Source of the DNA: Salpingoeca rosetta
Taxonomy: Eukaryota > Protista > Choanoflagellata
Direction of reading: 5' to 3'
NCBI GenBank assembly: GCA_033442325.1
Contig: JAWQFM010000009.1
Coordinates: 1,467,672 to 1,531,671, forward strand
Length of the DNA: 64,000 bases
Positions 1 through 24,936 of this stretch are shown one piece after another. Both the position numbers and the translations under genes were made by a program. Under the pieces are notes generated by a model. That model searched no databases, was not told the origin of the DNA, and worked only from the letters and a program-made list of their open reading frames with translations. Positions within the stretch are counted from its first letter, which is position 1; each line of letters begins with the position of its first letter.

Positions 1-12715
<12,715 letters not shown>

Positions 12716-13488
12716 CTTCACGGGTCAGCCGCTCCGCGCGCCTAGTGTGGAGACGTGTTTATGTATGTTGTAGGGTGCGGTGTGAGATGAGATCTGATGG
12801 GCTGTGTGAGATAGAGTGTGTGTGCATGAGTGTATGAGAATGTGTGTGTGTGTGTGTGTGTGTGAGCGTGTGAGTATGTGTGTGTATCAGTGTGTATCAG
12901 TGTGACATGATGTTGCTTTGGCCGCTCTGCAGTAATCATGTGGGCAAAGATGGCACGCGCCCACGCACTCAAGCAACACCCCCCCCCCCTCCAACACACA
13001 CACCCCAACCCCCACACGGCACAAGCGCATGCTGAACAAAGGACTGCACTCAAGCAAGCAAGCAAGCACGTGAACTGACTGTCAATGCCAAGCACGTGTT
13101 ATTGTCAGTAACAATGCAGCAGCAGCAACGGGCACAGTGAATGCACCGCGATCACACACACACACCTCCCGCTTGCTTGCTTCTTGCTTGCTGCACTTCA
13201 CTGCTTCTTGCTGCAGTTGATGTGTGGGTGATTGGTTGGTGTGGGTGTGATGATGACCTTTGATGATGTGTGTGCGCTTCGCATCAACAACATCATCAAC
13301 ATCAACAAGTCTGATGCTGTGTTGCTTCGTGTCCTTGCAGCTCCTCCCTCTGTCTCTGATGATTGATGAGTCAGCACACTCCCAACAACGGATATCAACA
13401 ACACCCCCACCGCAACCAACTCAACGCTTCTTGAGCAGCTCGCCTTGCTTCTCTTGCCTGACGCGGTTTGCGTTGCTTTGAGGGCGTC

Positions 13489-13618
13489 ATGACGTCCTTG
13501 CGGCGTGCAAGCGAAGAGGACCGTGACCACGAAGGCCACGATGAAACAGATATGGTGCGTTGGACAGCACCTCGTGATGCTGTGGTGGTGATCACGGAGC
13601 TGTGTATGTCTGTCTGCC

Positions 13619-13697
<79 letters not shown>

Positions 13698-14775
13698 GAC
13701 TTGGCAATGCATCTCATAACGCACACAACGCACACACGCGCACAACGCACACTCATAACGCTCACACTCACATACATACAACTCGATGCATGGCATCTGT
13801 GTTCTGTGCAGCACAACGTATTTGAGATTGTGGACTTCTCCACCGCCACGGACTGGGAGAAGTGAGTGGGTGTGCCATGTTGACTGTCTTGCACATATGG
13901 ATCACCACCCCTTTGGTTACTTTGACCAGCTCAAACAGGGTGTGTGTGTCCTCATGCCACAAGTGTTCACACATCCAAGAGCTCTCCTCCTTGCGGTCAT
14001 TCCCGAGTGCACCCATATTGGATCTGTCATCTCACCTCTCCAAACCACCAACACCAACACCAACCAAACCCACCAACCAACCACCTCCGCCGCGTCCAGG
14101 GTGACAGCCGAGTTTGAGCGCGCCTTTCGTGCGTGGAAGCTGCACACTCTCGACTCAAAGGCCGTCAAGGTGCGGGGTTCATTCATTCTTCCCACACACA
14201 GACACATGGAAGAGCATGTGCTCGGACGCCTCCGCACACGGACACGTGAACAGAACACCTTGCTTGATCGCTCGCTCGCATGCACGCATGCACATGGGCA
14301 CGCACGATTCATCGGAGCTGCTCGTCGCTGACTGCGCTTGTGTTCTTTCTCCTCTCATCCATGCTTGTTTGGTTTGCTTGCTTGGTTGCCAGCCGCACAA
14401 TGTGCGTGCGACGGAGCCGATTGAGGCCAAGCTGGCCGGGCGCAAGTACCGCGTGTCGTTCAAGACAACAGCACGAGCAGCACCGCGCCCCGTCTCCAGC
14501 GAGATGCTGCGTCGACTCGATGCCTCCTTCCACGGTCTGCACCAACTATCACTCACTCGTAGACCACGGTTTCTCTGCTTGATGGGTGAGTGAGGGTGGA
14601 GGAGGGTAATTCTGTATGTGCGCTCACAACAACTTCAACTTCTACGAACACGCACGATACACGTGTGCAGGAGAGGCGCCTGGTGTGATGCGGTGGGCGC
14701 TGGCCACAAACTTTGACTTTGATCCAGATGCTCATGTCATCCAAGCAAGGTTGGCGGTGGTGGTGAAATGTGCGT

Positions 14776-14833
<58 letters not shown>

Positions 14834-15321
14834 ATCTGTGTGGGTGGGTGGGTGGGTGTGTGGGTGGGTGTGTGTGGGTGTGTGTGAACATACATATTTA
14901 CTGCTAATGCTGCTCCCTCCGAACTGTCTCACTGCATGGTGTGTCTTTGACAGGCTTGGCATCCCGGAGTTTGTCGTGTTGGAGCCGGCAGAAACAACAT
15001 ACGGAGACAAGGTGAGGCGTACTTAGTTTTGCACTGGAGCGAGCATACACAGTCTGTGCTTTCAGGTGGTTTGCAAGGAACGTATTGAGTGCCCCCTGCT
15101 GCCATGCGTGCATATTCACATGCATGTGCACACATGTGCACACATGTGGCAGATTTCGGTGTCTGAATCGAAGATGCTGCTGAGTGCCCTGGTGACGGCA
15201 GCAGCAAATGTTGGCATGGACATTCCCGTCTTCACACAAGTGAGGGTGCACAGGCCTGACCATTGCTGCTTGTGTCTGCCCTGCCGTGGCGAGGAATTTC
15301 CTGTCGGCTTCGCTTCGACAT

Positions 15322-15417
<96 letters not shown>

Positions 15418-18400
15418 TGACACATAGCACACACACACAGATGACACACACACATAGCACACACACACATAGCGCACACACAATCACTCACATGCACACG
15501 TGCACACACATAAACACACACTCACATGCGCAAACAACCCGTACACGCGGCTGCTGTAGGTGTTTGAGGCGCGGTCGAAGCAGTTTTTCGGGCACTGCGC
15601 AGGTCTTGGGTGGAGCATCACATATGATGGCGTACAGCTGCCTGTGGTGCCGAAGGCGAACGCACACATCCAAGGCCTACTCACCCTCTTCCACTCCAAG
15701 CTGACCCACCTCACCTCGCACGTCAAGGCATACGTCAGCGTCAAGTTCACATACAGCGTCCGCAACTGGATGCTCGACTGGGCGAGGTGGGGATTCTGTA
15801 TGTGTGTGTGTGAATGTGTTTGCGTGTGTGTACGTGTACATGTGTGTGTGCGTGTATGTGTGTGTGTGTGCGTGCATGCGTTTGAACGCGTGTACAACTG
15901 CATGTCGACTCGACGGACAGACACACACACACACACAAATGCACACACCACACACACACACACACAAAACTCACTCACACACCACACGCCATGTCCCGCT
16001 CCAACTGCGATGGCAGGTCGTCACCCGGCAGCATCGAGGGCAAACCAGCGGAGCAGCGCTACCACGCCCCCGTCCGCCTTCCCGTCGGCGCTCTCGGCGA
16101 ATCCCTCGAGTCAGTCGCAAATGCGTCGTGTTGGATGTTGGGTGTGTGTGTCTGTATGTGTGTCTGTCTGTCTGTCTGTCTGTCTGTGTGTGTGTGTGTG
16201 TCTGTGTGTGTGTGTCTGTGTGAGCCTATTGTTGGACATGCTGTGTATTTCTGCTGCCGTGTTTCGCCGAACTCGCATCGTTGACGTGCGTTCCTTGTGG
16301 TTGCGTGGTGCCATCAGCTGCCTGTATTTGGCGTGTGCGTGGCCGCACTTTCGCGAAGACGTGCTGCTGGACGACAGCCTCCACTCTGAGCTGACCCCAA
16401 CAACCGCGCCCTCGTGGTGGCTCTCTGTGGAGCGACGCAAGAAGCGCCCGCGATGCAAGCTCGAACGCATGTTGCGCAACTTCATGGAGCTCTGTCACAC
16501 CACCGCAACCTTCAAAGAACTCCTTGGATCAAGCGCATACGTCGACGAGGTGCAGTGCATATGGGGGTATGGGTGTGCGTACGTGTGGGTGCGGGTGTGG
16601 GTGTGTACATGATAGCTTGTGCGTTGAGTGCGGGTGCAGGTGTGCGTGTGTCTGTCTGTTTGTCTGTCTCTGTTCAGTTCCCATGAACCTTCTTCTCAAT
16701 CACCCCATTCTCTCATGCAAACACATACGCACCACCAACACCCTCCCACGGCCTCACATCTCCTTCAACAGGATGAGGACACGCCTGATCTGGGGCGCAA
16801 CGCACTTCGCGCGCTGACAAAACCGCAGCCGGGCAGCGGTATCGCAGACGACGTCGTCAAGGTACAGAAATGTGCACACACACACATGCATGCATGCATG
16901 CATTCGCCGACGAACATACACGCACTCGTTCACACGTTCATGCACGCTCATCGTCTCACTCACAATCACAACCACCCAATCACAACTGCGGCCACGATCA
17001 CCCACCCCGATGCAGGCTGGGCGAACGCTCGGTGCACGGTTCGGTACAGTCGTCGGGCAGACGGTGCGACACGTGAGGACAGCGCGCACCTCCGACAGCG
17101 GTGATGGGTCGGCGCTGGAGAGTAAAGAGATTGATGACATTCTGGGGCACATGTTCATCCACCAGGATGACTGGAGCGAGAAGCACGCAGCCGCGTGGCT
17201 GATGGACCGGTGCAAGACGGCACCGAAGCAAGGCCTGTTGCACCGTCTCGCCACGTACATGGCCTGTGTTGACACGTACAGCGGCGGCCTGGAGTCTGTC
17301 GCCACCCTGTGGAGCGAGTTTGTCATGGAAATCAGGTGCGTGTCTGTGTGTGTGTGTGTTGTACCTCGTGCGTCGTGAGCGGGACAGTTGATGGCTTGAT
17401 GGGTTTGCGTGGCGTGCAATGCTTCAAACTCACCCATCATCCATATTCACGACCCATTCATGCGTGCGTTGCAGGTGGCACTGGGAGAACCTCAAGCCGC
17501 TGCCGCGAATGCCAAATCGCGCGGCGCCGGACATGACGTCCTGTCTTCTGCAGCAGAAACTGGAGCTCATCAACACCTGCATCAAGCGGTGCGTTGCGCA
17601 CACACATACCCGCGCGCGTAGTTACGCAATCTGTGGGGCCTTGCTTGCTTGTCGGTGTTTGTATCCAACCACGTGTTGGCGGATGATGTAAGAAACGGAG
17701 TACGTTGGTGCTGGCTGCTGGAGTGCACTCACGACAGGCACCTCTCCCACGTGTTTGCACCACTGCAGCAAGAAAGACAGACAAGCGTCGCGCTCCAGCG
17801 AAACGTAAGCCCTCGGCCCATGCAAACAACCGATTTATGTGTCTGTCTGTCTGTCTATCTGTCTGTGTGCGTGTGTGCGTGTGGGTGCGTGTGTTTGTTT
17901 GTTTGTTTGTTTGTTTGTTTGTGTGTGTGTGTGTTCGTGTGTGTGTGTGCGTGTGTTCGTGTGTGTGGTTCTCACGCACGCACACTCACACACACACACA
18001 CTCACTCACTCACTCACTCACTCACTCACTCACTCACGCACTCACACACACACACACACTCACTCACTCACTCACTCACTCACTCACTCACACACACACA
18101 CACTCACTCACTCACTTCCATGCTTCATTCGCTACTTGCGTCCGCCGTTTTACACATGCACACAGCACTGACCAAGGCGCGAGCAAACGCGAAGGGGGTG
18201 GTGGCAGAGACGACCACCACAACCACAACCACGACGACGACGACGACGACGACGATGATGATGATGATGGTGATGATGACGAGTTTTTCGTGTGTCCGGA
18301 GGACGAGGAAGGTGTGAAGAAGCGACTGCAAGACCTCAAGCGTCGCGCAGCAGAAAACCCAGAGCAATGTACGCTGTTTGCGTGTGTGGGTGTTTGTAAG

Positions 18401-19485
18401 AGAGAGTGAGAGACGAGTGGCTGTGCATCAGTGGTCACGGCGGCTCACGACATCTTCATCCCTTCACCTCATGATCATTAATTATTGCGTCACCACAGTC
18501 GCTGCGCGAGAGGAAACGATGGCGAAACCGCTCGGTGTCAAGGAGGTGTGACAACCACCTGTGTTGTATCAGCAGTGTCGTGAACGCGTGGTGTTGGCTT
18601 GTTCTGATACTCAGCCACAACCAAGCACACGCGCACACACACACCTGCTCACACAAACACACGCACACGCATGCATATTCACGCATACCCACACACCCTC
18701 GCACACACCCACGGTCAGGTGCACCCAACGTTGGTGCTGCTTGACAGCGACGCGCCGCTGAACATTCCGCGGACACAGGAGCCTGGACCGCTCACAGAGG
18801 ATATGGTGACACGACAGCTGGCGCAGATGGCGGAGGTGCGTACATGGGTGCGCTTGTGTTTGTGTGTGTGTCTCTGTGTGTGTCTCTGTCTGTCTCTCTG
18901 TGTGTGCGTGTGTGTGTGCGTATCCATTTTGTGTGTGTGTGTGTGTGTTTCACCTGCTTTTGTGCATGCTTCTGGGTTGTGCATGCTGTAATCTGCCGGT
19001 GCTTGGGTGAATGGACTGTGGCCGTTTCCGCGCCCGAGAACCTGCCCTGCTTCACGATACAGCACCATGCTCACCCTGAAGGCGTGATGGATCACAGATG
19101 GGCGATTCTGAACAAGCAGCAGCGCTGCGTGCACAGATGCAGGTGAGCAAGCATGTGCACATTGAATTGCATCACACTCTCGAACATCGCGCCTGCAGCG
19201 ATATCCTTTCACACGTGTGACCTTTTCAACACGTTCCCGGTCTTTTGGACCATTACACCAGCTCATATTTCCGCACGCACCGCACCGCACCCCACTCATG
19301 CGTTCGAATGCCCTTCATGACCGCCACCGCTGCCGGTGCAAATCAGAGCACGTCGCTTCGATCGGATATGGAGGCGTTCAAGGCGGCCAATCCAGGGTGC
19401 AAGCTCGGCGATTTCATCCGGTGAGATGTGATGTCGCAATGAAGGGGGGAGGGGAGGGGAGGCAGTGACGCTCACGGTGTTCGTG

Positions 19486-19530
<45 letters not shown>

Positions 19531-20722
19531 AGTGTGTGCATGTGTGTGTGTGTCGTGTAGTATGTGTGAGTAGTGAAGTGTGTGTTCGTTGTGCATGTGT
19601 GTGTCGTGTAGTCTAGTGTATTTTGCAGGCTATTGTGGGTCTTGTATCGGTTATCTTATGGTCTGGTGTGCAACAACTCCTGTGTGCACTCATTATCAGG
19701 TGGCATTCTCCCAAGGACTGGGTCAAGGACGAGGAAACTGGTGAGAAGCACACACCCACGAACACATGCATGCGTGCACACACGCACACGCACACGCACG
19801 TACGCACACACTCAGGCACACACTCAGGCACACACTCGCTTGCACGCTTCGGATCTGCGATGCTTGCAATTCTCGCCCTTCCCTAACCTGGTTGTGTGCC
19901 TTATGGCTGCGACGTGTGGCTGCAGGGGAGACCGGACTGAGCGAGCGCATGCGCGATCCAAAGAACCTGTGGCACGCGCTGTGGCGTGATGCGCTCCCCG
20001 TGCCCGTGAGCCAGCAACGCCTGCTGTTTGACGTGACAGCAGAGGCAGAGGGCGCGCTGACGTATCTGGAGAACATCACCATGCAGGACCTTGCCCGCCA
20101 GTTGTTTCCCAGCCTGCTTGAAGAAGTATACGCACGACTGCAAGGTGAGAACTTGAGCTGCAACGTGTGCTGCTTGCTTGCTTGTGTGTTTTCGACGGGC
20201 CTATATACTCCAAATTCACAACGCTTCGTGAACATGCGCTCGCAAGCGTACATGGGCGAGTATGCACACACGCGCTTGCTTGTTCACTACCTTTCGTGCA
20301 CTCACGCCTATGCACTCACACCTATGCACTCACACCCATGCTCTCACACCTGGCAGATGAGGTGAAGGAAGAGGCGAGCCCAGCATCGCTGGCAGTGCTG
20401 CACGCAAGCTTGAAGCATCTGTCATCGCGCCTGGGCCACAACTTGGACGAGGACATTGATCGCTACGAGGACATTATCGCGCGGTTTGCAGAGGTGGAGC
20501 ACGAGTTGTCTGTGTTCTCCTCTCTCGTTCGCCAGCTCGGTCCCAACCAGATCCCACTATGCGAGCAGCTCCTGAACGACGGCCGCTGCCTCGTCCTGGA
20601 GGTTTGTTTTGTGTACGTGTGTGCGTGTCTGTCTGTGTGTGCGCGTGTGTCTGTGTGTGTGTGTGCGTGTCTGTATGTGTGCGCGTGTGTGTGTGTGTGT
20701 GTGTGTTGTGTGTGTGTGTGTG

Positions 20723-20771
<49 letters not shown>

Positions 20772-21064
20772 GCATCCGCCTTCGTGTGCCCCCCCCCCCT
20801 TATACTGTATTCAATGCACCCTGCTATTGTGTGGCTTCTGCACCGTGAACACTCAATCACTGACCTCTTCCTTTATCGCTTCCCCCCCCCCCCAACACAC
20901 ACGCACCCACCTTCTCGTGTCTCTGGCAGGAGTCCCACCGCGATGCTGTGCTGAGGGTGTTTGCATCCTTCGCCAACGAGAACGACTTGCCTCGGCCAGA
21001 GCGCCGCGAATTCATCTTCCGGGCCATCGCAGACCAAGGTACGGCTCCCCTTCTTTGTATGTGT

Positions 21065-21140
<76 letters not shown>

Positions 21141-21240
21141 NNNNNNNNNNNNNNNNNNNNNNNNNNNNNNNNNNNNNNNNNNNNNNNNNNNNNNNNNNNN
21201 NNNNNNNNNNNNNNNNNNNNNNNNNNNNNNNNNNNNNNNN

Positions 21241-21317
<77 letters not shown>

Positions 21318-21479
21318 TTCCCTGACGGTGTGCACAGCTATCGTCGCCTCATGCCTCCCCATTACATTCTACATTTTGCCTCTCCCTCTGTGATGGTAGG
21401 TGCATATCGGATGTACGCATCCCTCCAGGACCACTCTTTTGATATTGCGGGTGCCTTCACCGCACCGCAGCTGGTGTGA
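13489..21479 (+). CDS. RAB3GAP1: Rab3 GTPase-activating protein catalytic subunit, multi-exon
   Basis: FEIVDFSTATDWE (~13820); LWSEFVMEIR/WHWEN; CLLQQKLELINTCI; LNIPRTQEPGPLTEDM; SDMEAFKAANPGCKLGDFIR/WHSPKDW; GLSERMRDPKNLW (catalytic Arg region); QRLLFDVTAEAEGALTYLE; C-terminal YRMYASLQDHSFDIAGAF, stop at 21479. Confidence 0.93.
21141..21240. other. Assembly gap (100 N) inside a (TG)n tract
   Basis: N run. Confidence 1.
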
Positions 21480-21634
21480 TGCGCTCAATCCAGTGTGAGC
21501 GTTGGGCTTGATAACTGTGCTGGCAATGTTCGGTCTTGGTGTTCGTCTGGTAAGACGTGATAGAAACAGTGCCGTCCTCCACAATCAAGTAAAGAAATGA
21601 GCAACCGCTGAAAGCAAGTCTCGCGAGTGCACAA

Positions 21635-21727
<93 letters not shown>

Positions 21728-22177
21728 ACACGTTGTTGCGTCATGGTCGCGTCACTGCCAGTTGATGTGAATTGTGACAACTGGACAAGTGTATTCGTGC
21801 TCGCCGAAGACATACGTGTATGGGCGTCGTTTACTACGGAGTAATCACATTCATTGGAGAACAAGGGGCAAAACACGGAGTGGAATGATTACGTTGCACA
21901 TAGCATCCCCTCTCTTCTCCTCGTCGGAGCTGTGCAGAAGTAACGACGCTCAGAGCAGCACAGCGACAGAGCAAACAATGTCACTATGTAAGATGTCGTG
22001 ACACCAACCCAACACATGGGCTCACAAAGGCGCAAAGAAGAACGCCAGTTGAAGAATGGGCACAAACAAAACTCTCGTGGCGAGCCAAAGAGCAACTGTG
22101 GGCGGTATCATTAACACCACCACAACAACAAGACATCAACGATGGTTCTCGCTTTCCGTTCTTCTTTCCCAACCTCC

Positions 22178-24895
22178 TCAGGTTTCGGACACATTGGCCA
22201 GCACGGGTGACTGGTATGTGCGCATCCCATCGGGCATTTCAGATTCGCGCGCGACCTGGGCGTAGATTGGACGTTCAACGCCTGTTGTGTTGTAGGATGT
22301 TTCGTCCCATGCGTGCAGGGTCGCAGGAGCGACCGTTCGAGTTTGATCTGGCAAAGGCAATGCACCAGTAATCGAGCAAGAGCGACAGTGAACTTCGCAC
22401 AGGAGAATTGAGACGAGGCACTTGGAAGCGCGAATGTAGTTCAGAGATTGACGCCATTTGAATCCATAGGTGGGTGCTTGCAAGCTCGCATGCAAGCAAG
22501 AGGCGATGTCTGAAGCAACACGCCCACAATGTTCGTGTTCACTACACAAAGTCAGCATGCACAAGCGGACATGCGCCAAGGCTAGCACACTCGCTTCTTT
22601 GTGTACTCGAATCACACCTTCATCTGCAGGGGTGGCGTAGTGGAAGCCTTCATAGGCCGGGTTGACGAAAATATCGCCCACGTGGTTGTCCGCTGCAAGG
22701 TCAATCTTTTCAGCCGGCTGAGGAGGGGAGGAGTGCGCCCATGTCATCAACAAGCAGAGTAACACAGCGACGTGAGAAAATGGCTGCAGCAATGAAGAGG
22801 GGGCTCATCATTCCAGGCAGCGAACAAATCACAGATATACAGAAGAAACTGCAGGAGATTGTTTGCCTTGGGGCACTGACCCGACTTGTTGCGACATCTT
22901 AAGATCTTACTCTTACCATAGGCCGGCGATTGCTCTTCTTTGTGCGCACCAGTATCAAAGCCGAAGCGACGAGACCAACCTAAGCATTCGAATGTGATCA
23001 GATTCGCATGGGCAGACAGACGAAGGCAGGTGAAGTTGCGTCAAGAATATGTCACATCATGCCACACGGGCCCAAAACAACACGTTTTCTCCAGTCAAAC
23101 ACAATCGCGCAAACCTGAACAAATGCATTAGCTCCTTCATCAAAACGCGCAGGATGTTTTTACCACAAGCAAGAAGCCACCAACTGCTGCGCCAATGATG
23201 ACGCCCGTTGATGCGCTGCTGGCGCTGACATTGCTGGGGCTAGACGACAACGCATCAACCACCACCATGCGCACGGCGACACCCGTGTTGCCGTTCGCAT
23301 CCGTCACCGAGTACTCAATCTCGTACGCCCCCGCCACGTGCACGTCAATCGCATCGGCCCCGCGCACCACCACACGCGACGTCACATTGCCGTCGTGCAC
23401 ATCCTGTGCGCTGTACCCAGCCTCCACATATCGTGTCGCATACGGCACGTGCACCTCCTCCGCGCCATACAGCGTCACCTCGGGCGGCGTCGTGTCCACC
23501 ACCACCACCGCCCGNNNNNNNNNNNNNNNNNNNNNNNNNNNNNNNNNNNNNNNNNNNNNNNNNNNNNNNNNNNNNNNNNNNNNNNNNNNNNNNNNNNNNN
23601 NNNNNNNNNNNNNNTCCTCCTGCTTCTCTGCTGAGGCACTACATGGGTGACAGCATACGCGGCAACATCAGCCACGCTCCCCACTGCAAGCACACCCGTC
23701 GCATTCGCCGTCACCACACTCACGTTCACGCACACATTCCCACTCACATCCCCATCGTGCGCATCGTGCGCCGTCACCCCAGGATCAGCAAACGCACCGC
23801 TACCATCTTCACCTGCACCTTCCTCACCATCACCACCACCACTGCTGCTGCCACCGCCAAACTCAAGCTGCACAAGCTGCTCACCAACAAGCTGCATTGT
23901 CGGCGCACTCCCATCCACAACGCGCACCACCCGCTCCACGTGCGCCACGTTGTCGGACGCATCCGTCACCGTGTAGTTGATGCGGTACACGGTGCCGCTC
24001 GGTGCACTGGCTTCAACCGCGTCCAGCGCAGGCGAAGGCCACACCCGTGGTGCCACGCTCGGCACAAAGTCACGCGCAGACGAGTGCACGCAGCTGCTCG
24101 CGGCTGCAGCAGTGCCCACCGTCTGCGCCACCACTCTCACCTCCACACGCGGCCGCACATCACCATCTGCATTGTCGTACGCACTCGCAATGCCCGGCTC
24201 TACCCAGCCCACACCGTCGCCAACAACCGTGTCCAGCGCGCCATTGAGGCGGACGTCTGGCGGCGTCGTGTCAATCACCGTGATCTCCCGCGTGATGCTG
24301 GCCGTGTGGTTTGACGTGTCGCTCACGGTGTATGTGATGTTGAATGTGGCGGGGACGCTTGCTGGCTGCGCCGCATACCCGCCGTCATCAATGCTCAGGC
24401 GCAGCTGTGACGGTGCGTTGTACGCGTCAGACACGTGCGCGCCCGGGTCGATGTCAGCGAGCTCGCTGCCGGCCTCAACCTGCAGCTGGGACGGTCCAAC
24501 CAGCTCAATCGTGGGTGGCTGCGTGTCCACCACTGTCACCGCACGTGATGCGTTGTTGCAGTTGCCCGCCTTATCGCATGCCGTGTACTCCACCGTGAAC
24601 ACAGCCGGTACCGACGCCGGGTACACGTCGACGGTGTTGAGGGTGGTGATGTCGATGGTCCGCTCAAGCGCATCCTCAAGCAGGTCTGACGCCGTTGCTC
24701 CTGCGTCCACGTATTCCGTCCCAGCCTCGTGCGTCACAGATGGGTCGCCAGTGATGGTGACAGTAGGCGCCATCGTGTCCACGACCCGCACCACATATGT
24801 CACGGTGGCCAGATTATCTGACGCGTCGGAGACTGCATACGTAAACGCAAACGTGGTGTCGTCCTCCACGAATGGCCTGAACCGCTGCATGTGCG

Positions 24896-24936
<41 letters not shown>

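Noticed and set aside
22178-22792. 204-aa ORF resembling a standalone secreted protein (MLQPFSHVAVLLCLL...)
   Set aside because: It is better explained as two cytoplasmic-tail exons of receptor B plus read-through intron: splice phases fit, and motifs match the tail of paralog A.
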